The notes beneath the pieces are model-generated. The model saw only the letters and a list, made by a program, of their open reading frames with translations. It searched no databases and was not told the DNA's origin. A stretch of DNA of 37,329 bases from a virus. Taxonomy: Duplodnaviria; Caudoviricetes. The translations under genes were made by a program, and so were the position numbers. Positions 8,811-18,950 of the stretch are shown here, piece after piece (positions within the stretch are counted from its first letter, which is position 1; the number at the start of each line of letters is the position of its first letter). Where the stretch lies: positions 1-37,329 of the IMG/VR virus record IMGVR_UViG_3300048011_000128, one strand, 5' to 3'.

Positions 8811-11800
8811 ATGGCTAACATCTTGACTCTTGAAGATTCTATTTTCAACTCTCAAACATTATCCCAACAACTAGAGGAAGAAAATGAAACAGAAGTGTTT
8901 AACCCACTATCTGAAGTTGAAGCTATTAAAGCTCAAGAGTTAGCTATTGCAGTAAACGGTGATGAGAATGAGATCCGTGAGGCTCGTGCTAATGGTGACA
9001 CAAACCATACATCTGTAGCTAAGATTGATGGTGGTGAGTTCGACTACAATTTGTCAATAGACCAAGCATACAACGATGGTATGAAACCTGAAGACATTGC
9101 TGAGGTAATCCAGAACCGTAAGGACAAAGGTGAGGATATGTCTCTTAGTGAGTACATGCTCATGCAGAACCTTATGTTATCTGACAACGACATCAACCCA
9201 TATGGTGCTCGTACTCTTACCAACATGGAAACATGGAATCGTATTATCCAAAGGGAGATTGAAGATAACGATCAGTCAGGTTTATCTAAGGCTCTAACAT
9301 TCTTAGACGTTAATATCTTACGTGAGATTACAATTGGTGCTTTCGAAAATGTTACCTTCCGTTCTAATCGTGAGGGTGTTGACATACGAGAAGCATTCAC
9401 AGGTCTTAAGCCAAGTGAGTTTGAGGAATGGGCTAAGGAATACGTAAAGGAACGTAAGTCTGAAGGTATCTTCTCTACTGATTCTATATGGAACTTACAT
9501 AAGTCAGCTAATGATGCTCTATACGTAGGTAATGATCCTATGGCTGGAGCTAATGCTGTATTTGGTGTAGCTGACATAGCTACCCTAGGTTATCTTAAGG
9601 GTGCAACTACACTTTCAGCAGCACTTAAAGCTGGTAAGAATTCTAATGTTGCAAACAAACTATTGTCATTGACAAAAGTACGTAGACCTGTAGATGCTGT
9701 ATCTGTCATCAAGGGTGAGGTAGAAGCTGCCAATGTTTTAGCTAAATCTGTAGATGATATGGGCATACAGGTCGATGAGATAGCTGCAGGGCGTAACCTA
9801 CCTGAAGAGCTAGACCCTACTCAGGGGCCATCCTCACGTCCCTCAGGCGTTGCTCTACGTCAGAACAACCGTAAGACAGTCCTGATGGAGAAGATTGAAG
9901 AGATGAATCGTAGAGGTTCATTCGGTGAATACATACCAATGTCAGCTGTAAGTAAAGCAGCTGATGATATAGCTGTTAAGATAGCTAGTCGTACAAACGA
10001 TGTAGTTGTCAATAGCCGTAAGATCTTTGATGAAGGATCAGATGACTATAAGGTTGTGGTTCGTATGGGTAAGGATGGAACAGGTGCTCCTTTCCGTTTA
10101 AAACGAGATGCTGAGGCTATAGCTGAGGGTGATCCAAGCCTTAAGGTTGTCAAGAGAGAAGAAGGGAATGGTTACTTCATAGAAGCTGAACAACGAGTAG
10201 ACGTACTTAAGTTACCTGAAGAAGCTGATAGGTTTGACAAAGGTGGTTTCATAGGTGATTCCATCAATAAAATGTTCGGACCTGCCACTATTAGATTAGG
10301 TGACAAGATTGGTGGTAAGTTCATGCAAGCTGAAGCTGGTCAAGCTTTGGTGGGTGACTTAGTTAAGCCATACCAGAAGACTATTAATGGTGTTAAGGGT
10401 GTTGAAAGAACTAACCTAAGTGATTTTATGACACAACTACGTGATGGTGAGTTGTCATACTTACGTAAGGCTCCTACGAAAGAAAGCTTTGCAGCATTAT
10501 ACAAGACTATGTACGGTTCAGTACCATCTCAAAAAGCAATAGATGCTTATGATGCTCTGATAGACATCAGTGATACAACATGGCAGATCAAGTCAAGTGA
10601 ACGCCTTAAACGTACAGTAGCTGAGGGTGGTATATATGCTGAGTTTACAGATGACTTCGCAGATATTGTTTACCGTGTTGACAACACTAAAGTAAAACTT
10701 TCAGATGACGAACTTGTATTAGACTTTGCTACAGGACGTAGTATCCGTAAAGCTGAACTTAATCCTGATCAAATCGTATTTAAAGTTCCTAACACATATA
10801 TGGATCATTTGTTTGTCACCAACGTCAAGTCTACTCGTGCATTAGAACGTGTAGATGTTATGCCTTATAACGTAGGTGGTCCTCGTACAAATGCTGAGTT
10901 CCGTTGGTTTGTTGGTACAACTAAGGAACAGACATTAGTATCAGGCAACAAGATTAGTAGTGGATTTAAAACTTTACTGGGGTCATTCGGTAAAGAACAA
11001 GCACAGTTAGCTGTCTTACAGGTAAACAACATTACTCGTAAAGTTAAAGCACTCATGGATATTCAAGGTGTTGATGATATAGGTAAGCTTGCCTTATCTA
11101 AACCTGAGTACGATGAGCTAGGTGAGGTAATCAGAAAGAATAATTCTTGGAATAAACACATAGTTGACTACGAAGACCTTGTACAATTAGGTACAAAGTA
11201 CAACTTTAAGTTTAGAGAAGAGTTTGTAGCTAAGGCTCGTGACGAAAAGGTAAGTATAGTTGACCAAGGTGAAGACATTTCTTTGGGTGGTACTACTTAC
11301 GGTGAAGTTGTAGGTACTCGCCTAAACACTAAACGTGGTGACACACCATTGTTTGAGTTTGGTGGTAAGGAAGCTGTCAACGCAAGCCCTGTGTCAGCTA
11401 TAGCAGATCAGTTCGGTTCTGAGGTGTTCGGTTATACTAACCGTGCAGCATCACAGAATGCTATTGTAGGTTGGACTAAATTAGCTGAGAACAATCCTAA
11501 TATTGTTGAGTTTCCTAAGGGTATTCCACAGAGTGATTTCCTTAATCGTTTCTTAGGGGCTAAGGTAACTAAGACAGGTAAGTTTAATGACACTGCAGCT
11601 CAGTTACGTGAGCAACAAGACGTGATTAAACGTAGGCTCAACCAACCAACATGGTTAAGTGACAAGTGGGAATCCTTTAGTAACTCAGTAGCTGAGAATG
11701 TTTTTGAGAAGTCAGGTATGAAGGTTGATCTATCTAAGACTGACCCATCATCTACTCTTATGAAGGTTGGGTTCTACTCTAAGTTTGGGTTCCTTAACCC

Positions 11801-13256
11801 TGACCAATTCTTATTGCAATCACTACACGCATTAACCATTGCAGCTGTGTCACCAATACAAGGTATGAAAGCCTTAGGTCTAACAGCACCTATGTTAATC
11901 ATCAGTAGTATACCTGCAGGTCCTACTCGTAACCTAGCAATTAAACGTTTAGCTAAGTCTAAACTTATAGATGAAGATGAACTAACTGCTTTAATTAAGT
12001 ACATTGACGAAAGTGGTCGTAATAAAATTGACACAAATATCCTAGAAGTACAATCACCCCAAAAGTTTGGTGTTGCTAGTACTCTTGCAGGTAAAGCTGT
12101 AGACAATGCTAATAAGTTCTTAGATAAAACAACTATATTCTTTAAAGAAGGTGAACGAGCCACACGTATGTCAGCCATCACCACAGCTTTCTTAGAACAT
12201 AGAGCTAAACGCCCCTTGATTGATCCGTTGTCATCTGAAGGTAAACTTTGGATCACTAACCGTGAACAAGATTTGTCATATCGTATGACCACATCATCAC
12301 GTAGTTTCGCACAGTCAGGTCCTATGAGAGTACCTACACAGTGGTTATCCTTTTCTTTAAGGGCATTAGAGAATATTGTAGTTGGTCGTAACTTTACAGC
12401 TGGTGAACGTATACGTATGTTTGCTGCAATGGGGCCGATGTATGGTTTGACAGGTTTAGGTTTAGGTAAGTCTGCAGGTTATGTCACAGAGAAGTTAGGG
12501 TATGACCCACAAGACCCTGAGACTGTAAAAATGTTTAACCGTATTAAGTACGGTGCTGTTGATGCTTTACTGTCTGAACTACTAGGTACTGAGACAGCCT
12601 ATGCTACTCGTGTTGCACCTGTAGACCAACTTGTAGATACTTACCGTAAACTTTTCGATGATGAGTTTATGACAGTTCTTACTGGACCATCTGGTGAAAT
12701 AGCAAGGGACATGTACAAAGTAGCTACATCAGCATTCTCAGCTATGTTCAAAGGACAAGGTGAATTAGCTCGTGAAGATTTGACACAGTTATTACGTAAC
12801 CTTTCTACTGTGGACAAAGGTGTTAAGATAAAAGAATTGATTGAGACAGGTAATTACAGAAGTCGTACACGTAAATTGTCAGTTGGTGATCTAGACCCTA
12901 TCACATGGGTCAGTGTTTTCATGGGTGCTACACCAGCTCCTGTACAAAACTTCTATGATTTAAACGAAATGATCTACAAAGAGACAAAAGTTGTACGTGA
13001 TTTCGAGAAAAGAATGAGAGCTAAGTCCGATTATGCTATAAGGCTCTTGACAGAAGGCTCTAAAGATGATATGCTAAAAGGTGAGAAACTCTTCTATGAG
13101 ATAAACGACGAACTCTGGGCACAGCCTTTCTCGAATCAAATCAAAGTACAGATTCAGAAGAGACTTGCACGGGGTGAAAGCTTCCCTGATATGCTGAAGA
13201 ATGCTGCAAGACTAGGTCTTGAGTATGACGCACAGGTTTTCCAACAACAACAATAA
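8811..13256 (+). CDS. Large internal virion (ejection) protein
   Basis: 1481 aa in the podovirus ejectosome position. Confidence 0.7.
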   Translation: MANILTLEDSIFNSQTLSQQLEEENETEVFNPLSEVEAIKAQELAIAVNGDENEIREARANGDTNHTSVAKIDGGEFDYNLSIDQAYNDGMKPEDIAEVIQNRKDKGEDMSLSEYMLMQNLMLSDNDINPYGARTLTNMETWNRIIQREIEDNDQSGLSKALTFLDVNILREITIGAFENVTFRSNREGVDIREAFTGLKPSEFEEWAKEYVKERKSEGIFSTDSIWNLHKSANDALYVGNDPMAGANAVFGVADIATLGYLKGATTLSAALKAGKNSNVANKLLSLTKVRRPVDAVSVIKGEVEAANVLAKSVDDMGIQVDEIAAGRNLPEELDPTQGPSSRPSGVALRQNNRKTVLMEKIEEMNRRGSFGEYIPMSAVSKAADDIAVKIASRTNDVVVNSRKIFDEGSDDYKVVVRMGKDGTGAPFRLKRDAEAIAEGDPSLKVVKREEGNGYFIEAEQRVDVLKLPEEADRFDKGGFIGDSINKMFGPATIRLGDKIGGKFMQAEAGQALVGDLVKPYQKTINGVKGVERTNLSDFMTQLRDGELSYLRKAPTKESFAALYKTMYGSVPSQKAIDAYDALIDISDTTWQIKSSERLKRTVAEGGIYAEFTDDFADIVYRVDNTKVKLSDDELVLDFATGRSIRKAELNPDQIVFKVPNTYMDHLFVTNVKSTRALERVDVMPYNVGGPRTNAEFRWFVGTTKEQTLVSGNKISSGFKTLLGSFGKEQAQLAVLQVNNITRKVKALMDIQGVDDIGKLALSKPEYDELGEVIRKNNSWNKHIVDYEDLVQLGTKYNFKFREEFVAKARDEKVSIVDQGEDISLGGTTYGEVVGTRLNTKRGDTPLFEFGGKEAVNASPVSAIADQFGSEVFGYTNRAASQNAIVGWTKLAENNPNIVEFPKGIPQSDFLNRFLGAKVTKTGKFNDTAAQLREQQDVIKRRLNQPTWLSDKWESFSNSVAENVFEKSGMKVDLSKTDPSSTLMKVGFYSKFGFLNPDQFLLQSLHALTIAAVSPIQGMKALGLTAPMLIISSIPAGPTRNLAIKRLAKSKLIDEDELTALIKYIDESGRNKIDTNILEVQSPQKFGVASTLAGKAVDNANKFLDKTTIFFKEGERATRMSAITTAFLEHRAKRPLIDPLSSEGKLWITNREQDLSYRMTTSSRSFAQSGPMRVPTQWLSFSLRALENIVVGRNFTAGERIRMFAAMGPMYGLTGLGLGKSAGYVTEKLGYDPQDPETVKMFNRIKYGAVDALLSELLGTETAYATRVAPVDQLVDTYRKLFDDEFMTVLTGPSGEIARDMYKVATSAFSAMFKGQGELAREDLTQLLRNLSTVDKGVKIKELIETGNYRSRTRKLSVGDLDPITWVSVFMGATPAPVQNFYDLNEMIYKETKVVRDFEKRMRAKSDYAIRLLTEGSKDDMLKGEKLFYEINDELWAQPFSNQIKVQIQKRLARGESFPDMLKNAARLGLEYDAQVFQQQQ

Positions 13257-13268
13257 GGATAGTTAGTT

Positions 13269-15785
13269 ATGGCAGGTTTTGCTATGGATTTAGGTGATGA
13301 AGGCACAGCCTACGAGAAGGGTGTCAATGCACCTAGTGCCAATGCTTCCGCAGCTGCAGCACAGGGTATGGCTAACCTAACTAAAGGGTTGTTTGGTGCT
13401 ATGGGTGCTTACTCTAGGGCACAAACTAGTGGTAAACCTACAGAGGCATCCTTAAATAAAGCTGGCTTCTCTAATTTTGTCACACAGTTAGACAAACTAA
13501 AAGGTGTAACTGACCCAACACGCCTTAAGGCTGGTATTAACTCAGCTATATCATCATATGAATCCTTAGGTTTTCAGTTAGGTGATCCTGAAGCTGATGC
13601 TGTATTTAGACGTACAGGTGTTGACATAAGTTCATTAACATTTAACCCTGCTATGGCAGCAGCTGAGGCAGCTAACAAACAGTTAATAGAAAACCCAGCT
13701 TATATGTACTTAGCTGAACAAAAGTTAAATCAATCTGGCAAACCATTTACAAGTCAAGATGTAGCCACTATAGCTCTAAACGATATGAAAGCATCTGAAG
13801 CTGCAGCATTATATATAACGTCAGCATCTAACATATCCAAGATGGAATTTCAAGAGTCATACATGCCTCATGCTAACAAAGTACTTCAAAACATTAGAGC
13901 TATTGCTTTAGTAGGTCTTCAGGCTGAAATAGCTGGTGGTGATGTTAGCCCTGAGTCAATGGTTCAATTAAGAACTAGCTTCGATATAGCTAAGTCCCAG
14001 CTTACAAGACCAAACAATATAACAGCTGATGAATTTTCTCCTGTTAAATCACAGATTGACACATTAGATGCTCTTCTAGGTCGCCTTGAAACATATGACA
14101 AAGATATGCTTACAGCTGAAACTATGGCAGCAATGGAGCCAATCTCAGCTGCACTTATAAAGCAAGCTAAAGAGTTAGGCAAAACTGACCCTATCTTAGC
14201 TCAGGCTTTATTGTCAGATAAAGTTGATTGGTCTAGTTATGTTTCTCGTAAATGGCCTGAGATCTTAAAGACTTTAGAGAAGACTAATACTGAAGATACA
14301 GTCTATACTAACTTAAATGTATTTGGTTTAGATGAACCTGATGGTGCTGGTGCTGCTGTCATACTACACAACAATGAAGAAATTGAAGCAGCTACAGATC
14401 GTAGTGACAAAGACAGATTAAACGCAATTAATAATGCTTTTGACTTTAAGGTAAAACTAACACAACCTGTAAACCTTAACCAACCTGAACATAGAGATTC
14501 ATTCTTGAATGGGGTTGGTCAAGCTACAGTTAACGTTAGTACATCAAACAAACTCTTAAGCAAAGAGACAATGGATGTACTGTTTGATAACGATGTATTT
14601 GACAAACTAAATATTGTCAAGAAGCTAGATCCTGAAGGTCACTCTCTTGCTGTCAATCAGTTAAAAGACGCATTACAGTCTCAGTCTAATATCTTTGCTA
14701 CCACAATGAAAGGTATTGTAGAGAGTACAGTCTTTGAACTAACAGGTATTGGTGAAGTTAAGCTTAAAGCTGAGAGAACTACAAGTCCTTCAGAATGGGC
14801 TGGTGGTTTATTCCAAGATAAAGCTGACAAATACTACGGTGGTAATATTTACCGTATGATCAAAGATAGTGGTAGGGCTTTGTCAACTGGTGAAAGAACA
14901 GAGTTACGAGGTAAAGGTTGGGGTGTTGAGGCTCTAGGTAGAAACTACTCAGAGATTACACGAGCTAACAACCAGTTCAAGACGTATGCTAACTACTGGC
15001 GTAGGTTAGGTGGTGATCCATCTACAATGGAATCTATGATCCTTACTCGTCAAGAGGATGATGCAGCTCCTGTTGTTGCTAATAACAACTTAACAGCTGA
15101 TCAGAATGCTGAGGTAACTGCAACTATTGAAGCTGACTCTAACTTAGGTATACCCTTAGAAGATGTTGACTTTGATTCTAATGCTGAAGCTACACCTAAA
15201 GAACCTGACGAAGAAATTGTCACAACAACTTTGGATAGTGCTAATGTAGATTTCTCTTTTATTAAAGAACGAGAAGGATACGAGAAAAGTATTTATGTTC
15301 CACTTGAAAATGATGGAACAGTTTCAAATAAATCAGGGCCTACAATAGCATCAGGTTTTGATATTGGTCAAAGAAGTGAGTCTGATTTAAAAGGTTTACC
15401 TACATCTATTATAAATAAATTAAAACCATACTTAGGCTTAAAAGGTTCTGCAGCTAAAACTTTTGTTGATAATAATAAACTAACTTTAACAACAAAAGAG
15501 TTAGATATAATCAACGAGTTTGCTAAAAAACAAGAGATTGGTAAGTTAAAGGAAGCTTGGAATAATTCAGCAAGTACCGTGTCATTTGACGACTTGACAA
15601 AAGAGCAAGCCACGGCTGTAGCTTCTGTAGCTTTCCAATACGGAAACTTAGCTACTGAAACTCCTAAATTTTGGGGTTATGTAACAAGTGGTGATTGGGT
15701 AGCTGCTGCTAAAGAGTTACGAAATTTTGGGGACAAACACCCTAGTCGTAGAAAGCTGGAAGCTAATTACTTAGAGGGTAAATAA
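13269..15785 (+). CDS. Internal virion protein with C-terminal pesticin-like (T4 lysozyme-fold) muramidase
   Basis: The C-terminal ~180 aa carry FIKEREG...YVP...SGPTIASGFDIGQ...VASVAFQYG...LRNFGD..SRRKLEA, preceded by an acidic linker. Confidence 0.8.
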   Translation: MAGFAMDLGDEGTAYEKGVNAPSANASAAAAQGMANLTKGLFGAMGAYSRAQTSGKPTEASLNKAGFSNFVTQLDKLKGVTDPTRLKAGINSAISSYESLGFQLGDPEADAVFRRTGVDISSLTFNPAMAAAEAANKQLIENPAYMYLAEQKLNQSGKPFTSQDVATIALNDMKASEAAALYITSASNISKMEFQESYMPHANKVLQNIRAIALVGLQAEIAGGDVSPESMVQLRTSFDIAKSQLTRPNNITADEFSPVKSQIDTLDALLGRLETYDKDMLTAETMAAMEPISAALIKQAKELGKTDPILAQALLSDKVDWSSYVSRKWPEILKTLEKTNTEDTVYTNLNVFGLDEPDGAGAAVILHNNEEIEAATDRSDKDRLNAINNAFDFKVKLTQPVNLNQPEHRDSFLNGVGQATVNVSTSNKLLSKETMDVLFDNDVFDKLNIVKKLDPEGHSLAVNQLKDALQSQSNIFATTMKGIVESTVFELTGIGEVKLKAERTTSPSEWAGGLFQDKADKYYGGNIYRMIKDSGRALSTGERTELRGKGWGVEALGRNYSEITRANNQFKTYANYWRRLGGDPSTMESMILTRQEDDAAPVVANNNLTADQNAEVTATIEADSNLGIPLEDVDFDSNAEATPKEPDEEIVTTTLDSANVDFSFIKEREGYEKSIYVPLENDGTVSNKSGPTIASGFDIGQRSESDLKGLPTSIINKLKPYLGLKGSAAKTFVDNNKLTLTTKELDIINEFAKKQEIGKLKEAWNNSASTVSFDDLTKEQATAVASVAFQYGNLATETPKFWGYVTSGDWVAAAKELRNFGDKHPSRRKLEANYLEGK

Positions 15786-16229
15786 ATGTTTGGATTACCA
15801 TTAGAACTAATCACAATGCTAGGCTCTACCGTTCTCGGTGGGGTCATGTCCATATGGGGTCAAAGCATTAAGGCTAAACAAGAGAACAACAAGATGCTCA
15901 TGGAACGAGCTAACTTCAATGCTGAACAGGTTAACATAGCCCGTGATGCAGGTAAGAATGACAAACACTTTGCTTGGACACGTAGGCTCATAGCTCTGTC
16001 AGCTGTGTTTGCTATCATTGTATTACCTAAGTTAGTTGCTGTGTTCTATCCTGAGATAAACGTTATCGTAGGTTACACTGAAGTTGAGGGTGGTATTATT
16101 AACTGGCTACTCGGTGCTAACGAAACTGTACGATGGCAAGCTGCATCTGGATTTGTCATAACCCCATTAGATACTCACATTGTGTCAGCTATTGTTGGCC
16201 TATACTTCGGAGCTGGATTTACAAAATGA
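15786..16229 (+). CDS. Membrane protein, putative holin
   Basis: Two to three hydrophobic segments; directly follows the muramidase-bearing gene. Confidence 0.55.
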   Translation: MFGLPLELITMLGSTVLGGVMSIWGQSIKAKQENNKMLMERANFNAEQVNIARDAGKNDKHFAWTRRLIALSAVFAIIVLPKLVAVFYPEINVIVGYTEVEGGIINWLLGANETVRWQAASGFVITPLDTHIVSAIVGLYFGAGFTK

Positions 16230-16492
16230 TGGACAAAGATACTGAATGGCACTTATCGAAGACTGTACCTATTACTCTTGTGGTAGCTATCATCTGTCAA
16301 ACTGTAGCTCTTGTGTGGTATGTGTCATCCCTTGACAACTCCGTTAAGAACAACGCCCGTGAGATACTTAGGCATGAGGTACGTATTGACACCCTAGATA
16401 AAGTTGTACAGTCTCAAGCATTAACCTTAGCTCGTATTGATGAGAACATTAAGTCAATCAGGCTTATGATGGAAGACAACAGACGTGATTAA
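16226..16492 (+). CDS. Single-TM plus coiled-coil protein (i-spanin/XhlA-like candidate)
   Basis: ATGA overlap at 16226 gives MMDKDTEWHLSK, then a TM segment and a heptad-rich tail. Confidence 0.55.
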   Translation: MMDKDTEWHLSKTVPITLVVAIICQTVALVWYVSSLDNSVKNNAREILRHEVRIDTLDKVVQSQALTLARIDENIKSIRLMMEDNRRD

Positions 16493-16700
16493 ATATTACC
16501 TCGTATTAGTTTTGGTACTGATTGCCTGTACGTCTACAACAATACAGTTCCCTTCGGTATGCCCTAACAACGAGCCAAAATGTCAAAGAAATTTAAATGC
16601 ACAAACACTATCTCTTATCGGTAAAGATGAAGCAGCTCTACAGCTTATGTGTCAAGACTCTGGTCTTAAAGATGTTCTTGGTGACCAGTGTAGTAGCTAA
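16485..16700 (+). CDS. Small Cys-rich lipoprotein
   Basis: GTG start, hydrophobic signal ending in lipobox LIAC, plus four further Cys. Confidence 0.6.
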   Translation: MIKYYLVLVLVLIACTSTTIQFPSVCPNNEPKCQRNLNAQTLSLIGKDEAALQLMCQDSGLKDVLGDQCSS

Positions 16701-17316
16701 TGATGTTACAGGTGACTTCTCTAACAACTACCAAGACAGTACAGTAGACAGTAATAACACAGACGAAACTGTTACCAATAACTACAATGCGACAGGTGCA
16801 GGTGACAAAGCTCCTGTTATGTCCAGTATAGCACCTACGATTATGGGTGGCGGTGGTAACGACTCATGCTTAATGCCAAGTTCTGTAGGCATACAGTTGA
16901 GTGTCATAGGTTTGTCATCAGGTGGTATGCAGCAAGATAACTCCTGTAACAGACGTAAGAATGCTAGGCTCTTAGGAGCACCTCAGCAAGTTGGTGGTTT
17001 AGGTTTACAGATTTCTGGGATAAGTATTTTATGTGCAGATCCTACAGTTTTTAGGGCAATGGTTTTAGCTAATACGCCCTGCCCTGTAAATGATTTTATT
17101 ACTGGTAAACTTCTTATGGGTAAGAATGCTTTACTGAAGTATAGAGAGAATCCTTCCGTGTATGTGGTGGGGTATGAAGATGACAAACAATTTTGGGACA
17201 CCTTGTTAAAGGTAGGAGAGGACATAGAATCAAATGAAGAGTCAAATGAAGAAACTACTACTAGCAAGCTCAGTCTTAGTGACCGTTTCAGGACAAGCAA
17301 ACGCACAGACAGGTGA
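16627..17316 (+). CDS. Exported Cys-containing protein of unknown function
   Basis: Signal-peptide-like N-terminus (probable cleavage VVA-ND), N/T/D-rich linker, core SSIAP..C..G..C-RR-NA...LC.D..VF.AM..TPCP. Confidence 0.7.
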   Translation: MKQLYSLCVKTLVLKMFLVTSVVANDVTGDFSNNYQDSTVDSNNTDETVTNNYNATGAGDKAPVMSSIAPTIMGGGGNDSCLMPSSVGIQLSVIGLSSGGMQQDNSCNRRKNARLLGAPQQVGGLGLQISGISILCADPTVFRAMVLANTPCPVNDFITGKLLMGKNALLKYRENPSVYVVGYEDDKQFWDTLLKVGEDIESNEESNEETTTSKLSLSDRFRTSKRTDR

Positions 17317-18058
17317 AGAGAAACTACAGGCTCTAGTAGATAGTATTAACGTTATAGATAACAGACTACAGTTGTCAATCCAGTTAGGTATTGGTGCTAC
17401 AGGTTATGCTGAAGTTGGTGGTGTCATCGTAGACGGATCATTAGATGACGGTCATATCTCAAGTTCAATGCTTACAGCTTACCTAGATGCTGTCGATACT
17501 GTAATGCAACATGATTATGCTACAGCTACAACAGCTGAACAACTCTTCGTACAGGAACATGTTGCAGCTATGAACAACTTAGCCTTAGCTGTTGACACAT
17601 TAGTTGATGCTACAGACATTCTTATGACAGCTACATCAGTTGCTGAAGTTGCAATGGAAGCTGACACAGCACCTGAACAGGTAGCTCTACAGGACATGCT
17701 TGCTACAGATGAATACTCGATAGATGCACAAGAGGTAGCAACATATAACGAAGCATTAGATTCTGTTGAAGGGTATGCACAACAAGCTGGTGCGTTTATG
17801 GCAGCTGCTAACACTGAAAGTTTAACTGCAAGTATTGACAGTTATGCATCACAAAACAGCATTGTCATAGGTAACTACTCAGCCTTAACATATACACAAA
17901 GTGTTGACGAGTTTGTCATTACATGGGATAACTACGGTAATGCTACAGGTTGGAACGGTTACTTAACCAATGAAATGAAAGATGCTGATGATATTTATGG
18001 TGCTGCTACTTACATAATACAGCACGGTTCATTAGCTAACAGTGATCCACAACCATGA
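17234..18058 (+). CDS. Exported acidic, Ala-rich helical protein
   Basis: Sec signal MKKLLLASSVLVTVSGQANA-Q; the mature part is strongly acidic with very few K/R. Confidence 0.7.
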   Translation: MKSQMKKLLLASSVLVTVSGQANAQTGEEKLQALVDSINVIDNRLQLSIQLGIGATGYAEVGGVIVDGSLDDGHISSSMLTAYLDAVDTVMQHDYATATTAEQLFVQEHVAAMNNLALAVDTLVDATDILMTATSVAEVAMEADTAPEQVALQDMLATDEYSIDAQEVATYNEALDSVEGYAQQAGAFMAAANTESLTASIDSYASQNSIVIGNYSALTYTQSVDEFVITWDNYGNATGWNGYLTNEMKDADDIYGAATYIIQHGSLANSDPQP

Positions 18059-18507
18059 TAGATGAAGCTGAAGTAAAAGTTGGTGGGTTCACATTTAAAG
18101 GGTGGTACATAGCTGCTGCCCTACCCATCTTAGGTTCTCTTAGTGGTGGTATATATTACGGATATGACACACTCCAAAGGTTCTATGCCGTGGAGTCAGG
18201 CATTGAGACAGTTGTCACTAAGTCAGGATCATTCGATAAGAAAGCTGGGGACTTGAGTTCCCGTATTCAAACACTAGAACAGGCGGTGCAAGATAATGAT
18301 GTTAGAGGGCTTAACACAAGGTTGTCAACGATTAGTACGCAGATGCAAACAATCTTGGAACAACAGAAAGAGTTGCTTGACTTACGTAGTCAAGTTGAGA
18401 GATCGACTGGGATCACTGATAGTTTGGGTGATAAGCTTGACAAATACCAAACAGAAATAGATGATATATGGAAAGCATATGATTCATTAGTTGACAACCC
18501 ACTCTAA
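18055..18507 (+). CDS. TM-anchored coiled-coil protein
   Basis: TM segment WYIAAALPILGSLSGGIYYGY followed by long heptad repeats; ATGA coupling. Confidence 0.7.
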   Translation: MIDEAEVKVGGFTFKGWYIAAALPILGSLSGGIYYGYDTLQRFYAVESGIETVVTKSGSFDKKAGDLSSRIQTLEQAVQDNDVRGLNTRLSTISTQMQTILEQQKELLDLRSQVERSTGITDSLGDKLDKYQTEIDDIWKAYDSLVDNPL

Positions 18508-18510
18508 ATA

Positions 18511-18777
18511 ATGAAAGGTAAGAACGTGCCTAAGAAACTTAACAAGGCTAAGATGAAGTGTAACTCCCCTAGGACTACACCAAGTCACAAGACCAAGTCA
18601 CATGTTGTCAAAGCCTGTGCTGGTGGTAAAGAAAAGGTCATCAGGTTTGGACAGAAGGGTGTCAAGGGTAGCCCTAAGGGGACAGCTAGGAATAAGGCAT
18701 TTAAGGCACGTCATGCTAAGAACATTAAGAAGGGTAAGATGAGTGCAGCTTACTGGGCAAACAAGGTGAAGTGGTAA
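18511..18777 (+). CDS. Small, highly basic protein
   Basis: 88 aa, K/R-rich, containing IRFGQKG...FKARH...SAAYWANKVKW. Confidence 0.75.
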   Translation: MKGKNVPKKLNKAKMKCNSPRTTPSHKTKSHVVKACAGGKEKVIRFGQKGVKGSPKGTARNKAFKARHAKNIKKGKMSAAYWANKVKW

Positions 18778-18938
18778 TGGCTAGTAAACAACCTGTATGG
18801 AAGAAGAAACGTCCTAAGTCTTTAGGTAAATCTAAACCTTTAACAGATGGACAGAAAAAGAAAGCTAGGGCTAGAGCATCTAGAGCTGGTAGAAAATACC
18901 CAAATATGATTGACAATATGTGGGCGGCTAAACAATAA
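18777..18938 (+). CDS. Small basic protein (53 aa, not in ORF track)
   Basis: TAATG overlap; MASKQPVWKKKRPKSLGKSKPLTDGQKKKARARASRAGRKYPNMIDNMWAAKQ. Confidence 0.7.
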   Translation: MASKQPVWKKKRPKSLGKSKPLTDGQKKKARARASRAGRKYPNMIDNMWAAKQ

Positions 18939-18950
18939 AGGAGAAACGTT

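Noticed and set aside
11774-12292. 172-aa antisense ORF, and many similar shadow ORFs (e.g. 5553-5951, 21089-21529, 33372-33809)
   Set aside because: Fully opposite or inside well-supported genes; explained by codon bias; no motifs.
16133-16225. Upstream extension of the 119-aa ORF, and similar extensions at 26380, 28205, 20015 and 34464
   Set aside because: Better coupled starts or RBS-supported starts lie downstream; the extensions overlap other genes or spacers.
17230-17252. tcaaatgaaga tandem duplication
   Set aside because: Only provides two alternative in-frame starts; no further evidence of function.
18725-18916. 63-aa minus-strand ORF
   Set aside because: Antisense to the coupled basic + strand ORF 18777-18938.
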